Source: an uncultured cyanobacterium
Lineage (GTDB): Bacteria; Cyanobacteriota; Cyanobacteriia; Cyanobacteriales; CAWCAG01
Assembly (NCBI GenBank): GCA_963793425.1
Contig: CAWCAG010000005.1
Span: 778,174-842,173, forward strand
Length of the DNA stretch: 64,000 nt
Direction: 5' to 3'
Part shown: one piece after another, positions 38,696-49,074 of the stretch
How positions within the stretch are numbered: position 1 is the first letter of the stretch
Layout of the letters: each line of letters begins with the position of its first letter
Notes under the pieces: model-generated
The model's database searches: none
What the model saw: only the letters and a program-made list of their open reading frames with translations
Told to the model about the DNA's origin: nothing
Translations under genes and position numbers: made by a program

Positions 38696-41302
38696 TCACT
38701 TTGATGTCATAGTCCAAACTCCATCCCAATCTCCATCTGGAGGCTCAGCTAGGAAATGCTGACAGCGCTCCATATGTAGCTTGGCTGCTTTATTATCTTT
38801 ATCTATACCCATAACTTGGGCAAACTTACCTACTGCACCAACAAAGTCGCGGCTGAGGTAAAGCTTTCTACCTTCATGATAAAATTCAACAATTTGCTCT
38901 TGTTGGGGGGAAAGGGTATCTCCTTTTTTACCTAGCAATTCGTAAACAGATACAGGTAAGTTCTTTCCTTTAACTTTAATACGATCCAACTCTCTTACAA
39001 TTACTTGGTCGCGACAAGGTTCATAAGTATTTTCGCTAATAATAATATCGCAGCCATATTGCTTACTGGCGCTTTCTAAGCGGGAGCTTAAGTTTACTCC
39101 ATCACCAATGGCAGTGAACTCCATCCGCTTACTAGAACCGATGTTACCACTGATTACTGAGCCAGAGTTGATCCCAATACCAATACGGATAGGAACCTTA
39201 TTTTCTTTTAACCTTGCTTCATTGAATATTTCTAAGCGTTCACGCATTTCTAAGGCCGTTTGTACAGCTTTCCAGGCATGATCTTCTAAGGGTAAAGGAG
39301 AGCCGAAAACGGCCATAATTGCGTCGCCGATATATTTATCTAAGGTTCCTTTATGCTTAAATACTGCCTCAACCATACTTTCAAAGTAACCGTTGAGCAT
39401 ACCCACAACTTCTTCAGCTTTGAGTTTCTCTGTCAAGCTGGTGTAGCTACGAATGTCAGAAAAGAGGACGGTTACTTCTTTGCGATCGCCCCCTAATTTC
39501 GCATCCCCTAGTTTGAGTAACTCTTCAGCTAATTCTTGGGTCATGTAACGGTACATAGTACTCTTGAGGCGCTTTTCATCAGAAATATCCTCCATAACCA
39601 CTAAAGCCCCATAAACATTGCTAGCATCCCTAGCATCGCTGATGGAGTTAATGGAGAGGTTAACGCTATGTTCTTCTTCGTCTGCGAGTAAGGTACGATC
39701 TGGATAATACTGTTCTCGACTAGAGCGATCGTCACTAGGAGATAGGGCTTTATTAAACCAGCCTGCAAATTTCCCTTCTTTGATATTAATCAAATCAACG
39801 ACCTTTTGCCCTTCTAGAGCTTCTAGATCGTCAAAGCCTAATAAATATTTTGCTCTTTCATTAGCAGCGATAATACGTCCTGCTTTATCTGTAGAAATCA
39901 CTCCGTTAGTTAAACTCCGCAAGATATCCCTCTGCATTTGTTCTTGCTGTTTAACTTGGTTGAAAAGCTTAGCATTTTGTAGGGCTACCCCAGCTTGAAT
40001 GTTGAAAGCTTTCATGAATTCTTGGTCACTGCCATTAAAACTCGCTTTCCAACATTCGGGGGCTTCAGGCCAGGTATCAGGATCGTAAGGAGGATATTCT
40101 CCTTGCCGCTTTTTGTTTAATAGTTGGGTGACACCAATTAATTTACCGTCGGCATTGAACACAGGCATACAGAGAAGACTACAGGTACGATATCCTGTTT
40201 TCGGATCAGTTTTCTTAGCATTTTCTGCATCGGGATGGTTATAAAGGTCAAAACCAATGTTGAGAATTTCTCCTGTTTCTCCTACTTTCCCTGCAAATCC
40301 GACACCAACGGAAACTCGGATTTCTTTTAAAGACCCGCCGGGCATGGGGATCTTTGTCCAGAGGTCGTTTTTATCTTCATCAATTAACCAAAGTGTGCTA
40401 CGGTCAGCACTCATCAGCTTTTTGGCTGCATCCATCACTGTTCTTAAGGTGGCATCTAAATCTAAGCTGCCCTTACTCAAGGAGTTAGTGGCCTCAATTA
40501 AAGCATTGGCTGCCCGCTGTCTTTGAGTCGCTTTATAAAAAGAGCGGGAAGATTCTAATATGAGTTGAATTGAGGTGGCAAATTCATTAAATAATTTAAC
40601 GTCTTCCTCTGTAAATCCTTCTTTGTTAACCTTCTCGTCTAAAGGAGCATCAGGAGTTACATCAGGCTGTAATTTATTAATTAACTGCACTACAGCCACT
40701 AGTTTTTGCTGGGTGTCGAGTAGAGGCAAAACTAGCATCGTATAGGTACGATAGCCATTTTTTTTGTCGAATTTTTTCGCTGAGGCTGAGCGGTAGTCGT
40801 CATAAAAATCGTAGGGGATGTTGACAACTTCTTTAGATTCAGCTACTGCTCCGGCAATACCTATACCAATAGGAATACGAATTTCTATTGGTTTACCATC
40901 TTCTCCCTTCGCCACAATAGAAACTAGTTCATCTTCATCATCATCTAATAAGTAAATGGTAGTTCGATCAGCCCCTAACAATTCTCCAGTTTTCAAGGAG
41001 ATGGACTGCAACATTTCATCAAGAATGGCATCAAAACCCTGGCTATCCAGCACATTATCTAGCATGGATAGGGTTTGATTCACGATACGCAGTTTGTCTT
41101 CTACGCCATCAACAACTTCTTCAAAAGATTCTTTACCTAAAGGAGCAAGGAAGGTCGAAAAACTGCCTCCTGTTGTGGCTAAGGAACTGCCAGAAGAGGA
41201 TTGATTGACATTATGATGATTTTCGCCGCCTACGACTTCAGCTTCTAGGGTTTGACCGTCGTGTGGTTTTAAAGATGAGGATTGAGAAGATGCAGCAGTC
41301 AT
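38696..41302 (-). CDS. class III adenylate cyclase, GAF-GAF-PAS-cyclase architecture (CyaB1/CyaB2-like)
   Basis: 868 aa. Two GAF domains, a PAS domain, cyclase motifs (VTVLFSDIRSYTSLTE, KYIGDAIMAVFG, RIGINSG) and a TPR-like tail. Confidence 0.88.
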   Translation of the reverse strand: MTAASSQSSSLKPHDGQTLEAEVVGGENHHNVNQSSSGSSLATTGGSFSTFLAPLGKESFEEVVDGVEDKLRIVNQTLSMLDNVLDSQGFDAILDEMLQSISLKTGELLGADRTTIYLLDDDEDELVSIVAKGEDGKPIEIRIPIGIGIAGAVAESKEVVNIPYDFYDDYRSASAKKFDKKNGYRTYTMLVLPLLDTQQKLVAVVQLINKLQPDVTPDAPLDEKVNKEGFTEEDVKLFNEFATSIQLILESSRSFYKATQRQRAANALIEATNSLSKGSLDLDATLRTVMDAAKKLMSADRSTLWLIDEDKNDLWTKIPMPGGSLKEIRVSVGVGFAGKVGETGEILNIGFDLYNHPDAENAKKTDPKTGYRTCSLLCMPVFNADGKLIGVTQLLNKKRQGEYPPYDPDTWPEAPECWKASFNGSDQEFMKAFNIQAGVALQNAKLFNQVKQQEQMQRDILRSLTNGVISTDKAGRIIAANERAKYLLGFDDLEALEGQKVVDLINIKEGKFAGWFNKALSPSDDRSSREQYYPDRTLLADEEEHSVNLSINSISDARDASNVYGALVVMEDISDEKRLKSTMYRYMTQELAEELLKLGDAKLGGDRKEVTVLFSDIRSYTSLTEKLKAEEVVGMLNGYFESMVEAVFKHKGTLDKYIGDAIMAVFGSPLPLEDHAWKAVQTALEMRERLEIFNEARLKENKVPIRIGIGINSGSVISGNIGSSKRMEFTAIGDGVNLSSRLESASKQYGCDIIISENTYEPCRDQVIVRELDRIKVKGKNLPVSVYELLGKKGDTLSPQQEQIVEFYHEGRKLYLSRDFVGAVGKFAQVMGIDKDNKAAKLHMERCQHFLAEPPDGDWDGVWTMTSK

Positions 41303-41615
41303 ATCTCTTCACGAAAACTTGGGTGAGAATGTAAAAATACTTAAGCAAATGAGCGTACTTTAAAGGGAATTAATTTTCAAGCTAAGGGTTTTCCTCTGAA
41401 TATATAGATAAACTAATCCCTAGTGTACTCTTATGAATTTATTTTGAACACTAATTCAACTTTGATGTTTTAGCAACAGTATTATTAATATTAGTTTGCC
41501 ATGGTTACAATCAATCCTTAATTTCTGGCTAATTTGTAGATACAAAGCGAAAAAATTAGGTCAGAGCTTAATTTATCCCTAGTTTTTCTTGACTCCAGTT
41601 TATTTTTCCCATTAT

Positions 41616-43415
41616 CTAATCACTAACTGCTAATTTCTGCTCCTGACGATGGGCAGCAGCTTTAGAGAGTAGAGACTCAGCAAAAGCCATAGCTTCTTGA
41701 GCCGATTGTCCTCCAGCTAATTGAGCTAGTTCTTCTTGGCGACGCAGGCTGTCTTTTAAGCTGGTAACTCTAACCACAGTGCGAATCTCTGGTGTTTCTG
41801 AAACAAATTCGCTTTGAGGGATTTTGTTACTCTTAGCTTCTCTTTGCCCTAAAGATAAGCGATCAATAACTTCCTTGTCTACCCGGAAGTGAACATCTGC
41901 CATTGCTGCAATTAGGGGTTGGTGGGTGACGCAAAGAATTTGGTGGTTTTGACTTAGTTGATGGAGTTTTTCGGCAATCGCTTGAGCTACTCTACCAGAA
42001 ACCCCGGTATCTATTTCGTCAAAGACTAGAGTGGCAGCATTTTCTTCAGAATCAGTAAAACAGGCTTTTAATGCTAATAAAAAGCGGCTCATTTCTCCTC
42101 CTGAAGCCGTTGAAGATAGGGGCTGTAGCTTTTCACCAGGATTAGGACTAAACTGAAAAATAACGCGATCCCCGCCGGAATAACTAGGGTCATTAGGGGT
42201 GATTTGGCACTCAAATTTTACCTTTTCCATTGCTAAAGGTTTAAGTTCCGCAATTAACCTTTTTTCCAATTGCACCGCTGCTTTTTGTCGCAATTTAGTT
42301 AGTTTTTGGCAGTCCTTTGTTAATTTTTCCTGACATTGGGCGTATTCTTGTTCTAATACCTCTAGGGCTTGGCTATCATCGGTGAGTTCTTCTAATTCTG
42401 CTTGAAGCTTACGATAATAGGCGATCACTTCAGGAAGGTTGGGGCCATATTTGCGGCAAATTTGTTTGAGTAGGCTAACCCTTTCTTCCAAGATGGCTAG
42501 TTGTTCGGGATCGGTTTCTAGACTATCTCCGTAGGCATTTATTTGCTGTCCTGCGGCTACAACTTCCATGAAAGCGCCTTTGATGGTTTCTAAAAGCGGT
42601 TCCAAACTACGATCATATTCTGCCATCTCCGTTAAGATAGCTTCTCCTTTACCCAAAAGATCCGCTACAGCTACTCCATCACTATCATTTTGATAAAGCA
42701 GTTGATAAGTTTGGTAACTTAGGTTTTGCAGTTCAACGACATGGGAAAGCCGATCTCTTTCTATTTCTAATTTGCTTAATTCGTCGGGATCACTCAAATT
42801 AGCTTCTGCTAGTTCCTGAGTTTGGTATTCTAGCCAATCTAGCCTTTGCAAGCGCTCTTGTTCTGATTGGCGGCGTTTAACTAGGGCTTGTTGTGCTTCT
42901 TGATAAACTTTATAGGTCTTACCGACTTTCTGTCTTTGTTTGAGCAGAGGTTCACCTCCATAATAATCTAGTAGTTGTCGCTGAATAGCTGGGACCATAA
43001 GCTGTACAGTTTGACCCTGGGCTGTAATTTCTACTAAACGAGGGCGCAGTTGTTCCATAAAAGCGCGATTAACCAAAACACCGTTGACACGAGAGCGCGA
43101 TCGCAAGCTCCCTTTGCCAACGGCAATTTCTCGACAACAAATGATACTCCCTTCATCTAGGGGATCAATTTCTTGCTCTTGTAACCATTCTTCTAAAGCC
43201 CTGTCTACTTGAAAGGTTGCTTCGACTATGGCTTTTTTAGTGCCGGTGCGAATTAAGCGATTATTTACCCTTCCTCCTAAGACAACATCAATGGCATCGA
43301 GAATAATTGACTTACCCGCACCAGTTTCGCCAGTTAAAACATTGATACCAGTTCCTAAATCTACCTCTAGGTGGTCAATCAAAGCAAAATTACGGATTTG
43401 CAAGGAAAGAAGCAT
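41616..43415 (-). CDS. recN: DNA repair protein RecN
   Basis: 599 aa. N-terminal Walker A GETGAGKSI, a long coiled coil, SGGEMSR and LVFDEIDTG. Confidence 0.95.
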   Translation of the reverse strand: MLLSLQIRNFALIDHLEVDLGTGINVLTGETGAGKSIILDAIDVVLGGRVNNRLIRTGTKKAIVEATFQVDRALEEWLQEQEIDPLDEGSIICCREIAVGKGSLRSRSRVNGVLVNRAFMEQLRPRLVEITAQGQTVQLMVPAIQRQLLDYYGGEPLLKQRQKVGKTYKVYQEAQQALVKRRQSEQERLQRLDWLEYQTQELAEANLSDPDELSKLEIERDRLSHVVELQNLSYQTYQLLYQNDSDGVAVADLLGKGEAILTEMAEYDRSLEPLLETIKGAFMEVVAAGQQINAYGDSLETDPEQLAILEERVSLLKQICRKYGPNLPEVIAYYRKLQAELEELTDDSQALEVLEQEYAQCQEKLTKDCQKLTKLRQKAAVQLEKRLIAELKPLAMEKVKFECQITPNDPSYSGGDRVIFQFSPNPGEKLQPLSSTASGGEMSRFLLALKACFTDSEENAATLVFDEIDTGVSGRVAQAIAEKLHQLSQNHQILCVTHQPLIAAMADVHFRVDKEVIDRLSLGQREAKSNKIPQSEFVSETPEIRTVVRVTSLKDSLRRQEELAQLAGGQSAQEAMAFAESLLSKAAAHRQEQKLAVSD

Positions 43416-43553
43416 TTAATTTCAGTTAAAAATCTATTTCTAAAGTTGTAGCGATCCCCATACAGGAAAAGTTTTTTTCATACTAACGTTGACAGCCAAG
43501 ATTGTTACAATACTTCACAGGGAAAAAAGCTCGCGTTAGTTAATTTAAAGATT

Positions 43554-45560
43554 ATGAAAGAGAACAATTTATCATTAGCTTCATATAAAAAAGATTCAGT
43601 TCCTGCTACACAAGCAAATCTAGAAATGAATCCAGATTTGCCACCATCGCCCCCCCAAGTATCTACAGTAGAGCGTTACGATCCCAATTTCATTAAACAA
43701 CATTATCGCCGTCGTCCTCTGAAAGTATTAGGAAGGGCTGTGGCGATTGTTGCCCCTTTTCTTTCTTTTGGGATCAAGCTATGGTTAGACAAAATTACGG
43801 GGCAAGTTGCTAAAAAACGCCAGAAACGAGCAATTAGATTAAGAGAAGTTATAACTTCTCTTGGTCCCACCTATATTAAAATTGGTCAAGCTCTTTCGAC
43901 ACGCCCTGACTTGCTTCCCCCCACTTACCTCGAAGAGCTAGTTAAGTTACAAGATCAACTACCCCCTTTCCCTAATGAAGTTGCTTTTCAGTTAATTGAA
44001 GAAGAATTGGGAAAGCATCCCCACGAAATTTTTGAGCAACTTTCTCCTGATCCCGTTGCTGCGGCTTCTTTGGGACAGGTTTATAAGGGTAAGCTTAAAA
44101 CTGGAGAAGATGTTGCTGTTAAGGTACAACGTCCAGATTTAATTGAAAGAGTTGCTTTAGATATTTACTTAATGCGTAACTTAGCTGAGTGGGCGCAAAA
44201 TAATATTAAGCGGGTACGCAGCGATTTAGTTGGTATTACTGATGAACTAGCAGCACGGATTTATGAAGAACTAGATTACTCTTTAGAAGGGCGTAATGCT
44301 GAGCATTTCGCTGAACTATACGATTATTTACCAGAAATTTATATTCCCCAAATTTATTGGGATTATACTGCCAAGCGTGTCCTAACCATGGAATGGATTG
44401 TGGGGACGAAGTTAACCAACCTCGAAGCAATTCAAGCCCAAGGTATTGATGCTGCATATTTAGTAGAAGTGGGAGTTGAATGTTCCTTGCGGCAGTTATT
44501 AGAACATGGATTTTTCCATGCAGATCCCCATCCTGGTAATTTATTAGCTACTCCCGATGGTAAACTCGCTTACCTAGATTTTGGCATGATGAGTACCATT
44601 AAACCCCATCAACGCTATGGTTTGATTGAGGCGGTGGTTCATTTGGTTAACCGAGATTTTGAATCCCTAGCTCGTGATTATGTCAACCTGGAGTTTTTAA
44701 CTCCGGATACTGATCTTAGACCCATTGTTCCTGCTTTAGCTGGGGTGTTTAATAATGCTCTTGGAGCCAGTGTTGCAGAATTAAACTTTAAGAGCATCAC
44801 TGATCAAATGTCCGATGTGATGTACGAATTTCCCTTCCGAGTGCCAGCTTATTATGCTCTGATTATCCGCTCTATGGTCACTCTCGAAGGGATAGCTATC
44901 AATATTGACCCCAACTTCAAAGTACTCAGTAAAGCCTATCCTTACATCGCTAAGCGCCTTCTCACTGATCCTTCCGAAGAGTTACGCTCTTCTTTGCGGG
45001 ATCTTCTTTTCCAAGATGGTAGCTTTCGTTGGAATCGTTTAGAGAATCTTCTTCGCAATGCCCGTAGCAGTCAGGATTATGATTTTGCCAATGTTCTCAA
45101 CCAAGCTATAGATTTTCTCTTTTCTTCGCGAGGGGATTTTATCCGCGATCGCTTAACCAATGAGATTGTTAAAGCTTTGGATACTTTAGGGAGGCGTAGT
45201 TGGTTTAATTTTTCTTCTGGGTTACGACAACAGATTGGTATGGCGGTGCAGGAAACTCCTCCTGATTTAGAGGGTAATTCCCAAAGTCTTGAACATATCA
45301 AGCGTATCTGGGGTATTTTACAAGAAACCCCTGGCTTTGAAGCTAATACTGTTTTAAACCTGATACCTAAGTTGTTAGCTAAACCCGAAACTCAAGCAAT
45401 GGGACAAAAAATCGCTAGTGGTTTAGCTCAAAGGGCAGCAGCAAGATTGATTCGTCAATGGCTTTTGGAAGATGAGCTTACGAATGCCAAAGCGACTCCG
45501 AAAGTTACTGTGGTTCGAGAACAACCTCAGTTGAGCCTTCCCCCAGCAAGAGTTGTTTAG
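43554..45560 (+). CDS. ABC1/UbiB-family atypical kinase
   Basis: 668 aa. AAASLGQVYKGKL, VAVKVQRP and FFHADPHPGNL. Confidence 0.9.
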   Translation: MKENNLSLASYKKDSVPATQANLEMNPDLPPSPPQVSTVERYDPNFIKQHYRRRPLKVLGRAVAIVAPFLSFGIKLWLDKITGQVAKKRQKRAIRLREVITSLGPTYIKIGQALSTRPDLLPPTYLEELVKLQDQLPPFPNEVAFQLIEEELGKHPHEIFEQLSPDPVAAASLGQVYKGKLKTGEDVAVKVQRPDLIERVALDIYLMRNLAEWAQNNIKRVRSDLVGITDELAARIYEELDYSLEGRNAEHFAELYDYLPEIYIPQIYWDYTAKRVLTMEWIVGTKLTNLEAIQAQGIDAAYLVEVGVECSLRQLLEHGFFHADPHPGNLLATPDGKLAYLDFGMMSTIKPHQRYGLIEAVVHLVNRDFESLARDYVNLEFLTPDTDLRPIVPALAGVFNNALGASVAELNFKSITDQMSDVMYEFPFRVPAYYALIIRSMVTLEGIAINIDPNFKVLSKAYPYIAKRLLTDPSEELRSSLRDLLFQDGSFRWNRLENLLRNARSSQDYDFANVLNQAIDFLFSSRGDFIRDRLTNEIVKALDTLGRRSWFNFSSGLRQQIGMAVQETPPDLEGNSQSLEHIKRIWGILQETPGFEANTVLNLIPKLLAKPETQAMGQKIASGLAQRAAARLIRQWLLEDELTNAKATPKVTVVREQPQLSLPPARVV

Positions 45561-45574
45561 GAGCTTGCTTTTTT
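45545..45574 (+). terminator. intrinsic terminator of the ABC1 kinase gene
   Basis: Stem agcaag / cttgct spans the stop codon and is followed by TTTTT. Confidence 0.55.
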
Positions 45575-45714
45575 ATCCCTTGAGATAATATTATGTATAT
45601 GGTAGAAAAGATGGGCCCTGAAAAGAAGTTTTTAAAAACATTCTTGGGTTTGAGAAATTCTGAAGCTTAAAAAATCGCAGCAATATTTAGTAGGAGTTGA
45701 TGACAAGATTGTCT

Positions 45715-45743
45715 GGGGCGGGGAAATCTCGCCCCTAGTTTTT
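45715..45743 (+). terminator. GC-rich hairpin plus T-run 20 nt upstream of the fghA start
   Basis: Stem ggggcg / cgcccc with a 9-nt loop, then tagTTTTT. Confidence 0.5.
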
Positions 45744-45762
45744 GATAATCCCCTTAAGTATT

Positions 45763-46614
45763 ATGGCTAATTCCCTCAACCTGAAAAAGGAACATCGTTG
45801 TTTTGGCGGCAAAGTTGCTTACTATAGCCACAAATCTCAAGCTTGTAACTGTGAGATGAATTTTGCGGTTTATCTTCCTCCGCAAGCCCAATTTCAAAGA
45901 GTCCCCGTACTTTATTATCTTTCTGGTTTAACTTGCACAGAAGATAATTTTATCCTCAAAGCGGGGGCGCAACGCTGGGCAGCGGAGTATGGTTTAATGT
46001 TGGTTGCTCCTGATACCAGTCCCCGTAATACCAATACTCCTGGAGAAGATGAAGAATGGTTTTTGGGTACTGGTGCTGGTTTTTATCTTGATGCTACTGT
46101 TGCACCCTGGCAGGAACACTATCAAATGTATAGTTATGTGGTGCAAGAGTTACCAGATTTAATCGCAGCCAACTTTCCTGTTAAACCAGAAAAGCAAGGG
46201 ATTTTTGGTCATTCTATGGGAGGACATGGGGCCTTAATTTGTGCTTTAAAAAATCCTGGCAAGTATCAATCAGTTTCTGCTTTTGCCCCCATTGCGGCCC
46301 CAATATCTACTACATTGGGACCACAGGTATTTACTACTTATTTGGGTACGGATTGTAATTGGTGGAAGGCTTACGATGCTACTGAATTGGTGAAGGAAAC
46401 TCAGCTTGATACTTTAATTCTTATCGATCAGGGTAAAGCTGATTCTTTTTTCCTGGACAATGAACTCAAGCCTGAAGTATTTGCCCAAGCTTGTGAAGAA
46501 GTTGGTCAAACTTTGGAGTTACGTTATCACGAAGGGTACGATCATGGTTATTTCTTTGTGAGTAGTTTTATTGAAGATCATCTGCGTCATCATAGTGAAA
46601 TTTTGAATGGTTAG
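45763..46614 (+). CDS. fghA: S-formylglutathione hydrolase (esterase D)
   Basis: The ATG at 45763 ([11 protein letters not shown]). [16 protein letters not shown], the nucleophile elbow [10 protein letters not shown] and EGYDHGYFF. Confidence 0.85.
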   Translation: MANSLNLKKEHRCFGGKVAYYSHKSQACNCEMNFAVYLPPQAQFQRVPVLYYLSGLTCTEDNFILKAGAQRWAAEYGLMLVAPDTSPRNTNTPGEDEEWFLGTGAGFYLDATVAPWQEHYQMYSYVVQELPDLIAANFPVKPEKQGIFGHSMGGHGALICALKNPGKYQSVSAFAPIAAPISTTLGPQVFTTYLGTDCNWWKAYDATELVKETQLDTLILIDQGKADSFFLDNELKPEVFAQACEEVGQTLELRYHEGYDHGYFFVSSFIEDHLRHHSEILNG

Positions 46615-46672
46615 TTTAAAGCAGAAAGATAGAATCTATAATTAACGCGATGTTATCAAAATAATTATAAAA

Positions 46673-47659
46673 ATGTCTCGCCAAAATAGTAAAACCTTTG
46701 GAGATTGGGCTTATTTAGCGATCGCCAAACATTTCCGCAAAATGAGTAAATATGAAGCAGGGGTATTGGCAGATAAGAATCCGGAAAAATTACATAAAAT
46801 GCGTATTGGTATGCGGCGTTTACGCAGTGCTATTAGTGGTTTTGCCCCGGCAATTAATTTACCTAAACCAGCTAGGGAAAAAAACGTCGCCCATATCGCC
46901 CGTAAGTTAGGAGAGTTGCGAGATCTTGATGTTTTGCAGAAGACTTTGCAAGAAGGTTATTATTCAGAGTTACCTAAAGCCGAAAGAAAGCATTTAGATA
47001 AAATTTTTAAACAGTTAGCAAAGCAACGTCGTACAACTTTTAAAGAAGTTGAAGCTACCCTCCAAGGAAAAAAATACCAGAAGCTACAAAAATCATTTCA
47101 AGATTGGTTACAAGAACCTCAATTTCAGGCGATCGCCGCTTTAGAGGTTAAGCAGATTTTACCAGATTTGCTTTTGCCTCAAGTTAGTCAATTACTTCTT
47201 GATCCAGCTTGGTTAGTGGGTGTTAAAGTGCGAGGGGGAGAATGTATTTTTCCTGAAGAGTTAGAGCGAAAGCAAGTTGAAGAGATTTTAGCAATTCAGG
47301 AAGAGAAGCTGCACAAATTGCGTAAACGAGCCAAAAAGACCCGCTATCAAATGGATTTATTTACCCAATTTTATGGTGAAAAATATCAAGTTTATCTCAA
47401 TAAAGTTAAAGATATGCAAGGGGTGTTAGGAGAATTTCAAGATAGTTTTGTTTTGAAGGATTTTTTAAACAAGTGTTGTAATGGCAAGGTGGAAAAAGAT
47501 TTGCCAACTTTGACAGCATCTCTACAAAATAAACGCTATGAGAAATGGCAAGAATGGCAAAACTTTCAAGGCTATTTTCTTGATTTAGGTAATAGAAAAG
47601 ATTGGCGATTGGTGATTAATGATTGTTCTTCTGAGATGGTAGAGAAGACAGTAGAATAA
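46673..47659 (+). CDS. CHAD domain protein
   Basis: 328 aa. LHKMRIGMRRLRSAI and KLRKRAKKTRYQMD helices are typical of CHAD. Confidence 0.8.
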   Translation: MSRQNSKTFGDWAYLAIAKHFRKMSKYEAGVLADKNPEKLHKMRIGMRRLRSAISGFAPAINLPKPAREKNVAHIARKLGELRDLDVLQKTLQEGYYSELPKAERKHLDKIFKQLAKQRRTTFKEVEATLQGKKYQKLQKSFQDWLQEPQFQAIAALEVKQILPDLLLPQVSQLLLDPAWLVGVKVRGGECIFPEELERKQVEEILAIQEEKLHKLRKRAKKTRYQMDLFTQFYGEKYQVYLNKVKDMQGVLGEFQDSFVLKDFLNKCCNGKVEKDLPTLTASLQNKRYEKWQEWQNFQGYFLDLGNRKDWRLVINDCSSEMVEKTVE

Positions 47660-47834
47660 TACTTTTTTCGGTTCTACCGAACTTGCAATGTGAAAGCAAA
47701 AAACAAGAAAATAGATACTCAGGCTTTAAATATATAGTTTTATGTCTATAAAGTTTATCCAGCTTGCATTATAGCTCTTTCAAAGATTAAATGATAGTAA
47801 AAATAAAACTACTATTTAGACTTAACTTATACAA

Positions 47835-48419
47835 ATGCCATCGAATCCTCAACTAAACCTCATGACAAACTTACTTCAATTAGAAGGAGTTACCGTTAAA
47901 CATTATCAGTGTATAGAGAGTATAGGCATAGTCTTACACATAGAAAAAATAGAGAAAAAAGCTACCTGCACTAACTGCGGTGCAATAACTGAAAAACTCC
48001 ATCAGAATAATCAGCTAACGATTAGAGATTTACCTTGGGCAACTCAACCAGTGTATCTCAAAATTAATCGTCGCCAAATGAGATGCTCGCAATGTGGCAA
48101 GAAATTTAATGAATTAGACTTGAGCGAAGAGCAAAAGATTAAATTGAACCAAGTCAATAAAGTCTCACCTCTTCTGGGTAAAATGCACAGATTAAAAGAG
48201 GAATTTAGAACTATATTTGAACAGAGCCAAGACTGGAGTGAAGGATTATTAGAAATAGCTAATTGGTGCGCTCAAGCTTACTCGTATTTCCCAAAAAGCT
48301 GTGGAACAATAAGGCGTTGGATGGGAGAGATTATAGCCTACTTTGACTCCCGTACAACTCAAGGAGTAGTGGAAGGAATTAACAACAAGTTGAAGTTGAT
48401 TAAGATGAAGAAAGTATAG
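47835..48419 (+). mobile_element. internally deleted ISL3-family transposase relic
   Basis: 194 aa. The N-terminal zf-ISL3 part (CTNCG...CSQCGKKF) is joined directly to the C-terminal end of the DDE_Tnp_ISL3 domain ([31 protein letters not shown]). The ~200-aa catalytic core is absent. I found no convincing terminal inverted repeats. Confidence 0.7.
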
Positions 48420-48472
48420 TTGTAGAAGATAAAAATAAAGGGTCAAGTCTACAAAAAATCTACATTACTGAT

Positions 48473-49051
48473 TTGGCTTACACTAATCAAAAATCAACGG
48501 TAGAGAAAATTTGGCGAGTTGATTTAGAAAAAGAAATTCCTGGTATTTCAACTAAAGATGCAACACCGGAAGTAGCCTTACTAGTCTTACAAAAGTTTTC
48601 CTGCAATGAAAATACAGTAGTTGAAGCAAATGAAGAATATAGATTAACGGTAGTACTAATAGAATTAAAATCGTCCTTGCAACCAGCAAAAGAGAAGAAG
48701 GGTAAATTGAAAAACGGTTCTTTAACCCAAATAGAAAATAAGTTTAAGTGTGCTATTAATCGTATTTATCTATTGCTTACTCTCAACAATCATGGCAATC
48801 TAAATAAGGGTTATGAAAGTGCTAATATTCATCTAGATTTTCGTGGCATTATTGCTTATAACAGAAATAAAATCCAAGGAGATGATGGAAGCGAACTTTG
48901 TCAAATTCTTAATAAAGCTAAGAAACATCCTCTCTTGTCTTGCTCAACTATACTTAGCCCTAAAGATAAAATTGAAGTAGGTTTTTTTGCAAATCCCGAC
49001 GCTGATAGTAACAGCTTTTCTATAGCCTTGGGAGATTTACTAAAAAAGTAG
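48473..49051 (+). CDS. orphan hypothetical protein, possible PD-(D/E)xK-like fold
   Basis: 192-codon ORF with a TTG start and no internal Met. VVLIELKSS could be an ExK nuclease motif. The DNA is AT-rich and the ORF sits next to the IS relic. Confidence 0.35.
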   Translation: MAYTNQKSTVEKIWRVDLEKEIPGISTKDATPEVALLVLQKFSCNENTVVEANEEYRLTVVLIELKSSLQPAKEKKGKLKNGSLTQIENKFKCAINRIYLLLTLNNHGNLNKGYESANIHLDFRGIIAYNRNKIQGDDGSELCQILNKAKKHPLLSCSTILSPKDKIEVGFFANPDADSNSFSIALGDLLKK

Positions 49052-49074
49052 AGACTTTTGCTTCTAAACTTGTC

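Noticed and set aside
47665-47685. The hairpin ttcggt-tct-accgaa after the CHAD gene as a terminator.
   Set aside because: The T-run precedes the stem on the + strand, and on the minus strand the stem is followed by A's. Neither orientation gives a canonical intrinsic terminator.
47700-48470. Terminal inverted repeats and target-site duplication for the ISL3 relic.
   Set aside because: I found only a weak 10-nt similarity (tagactt[a/g]ac) by eye. That is not enough to define element ends without an intact reference copy.
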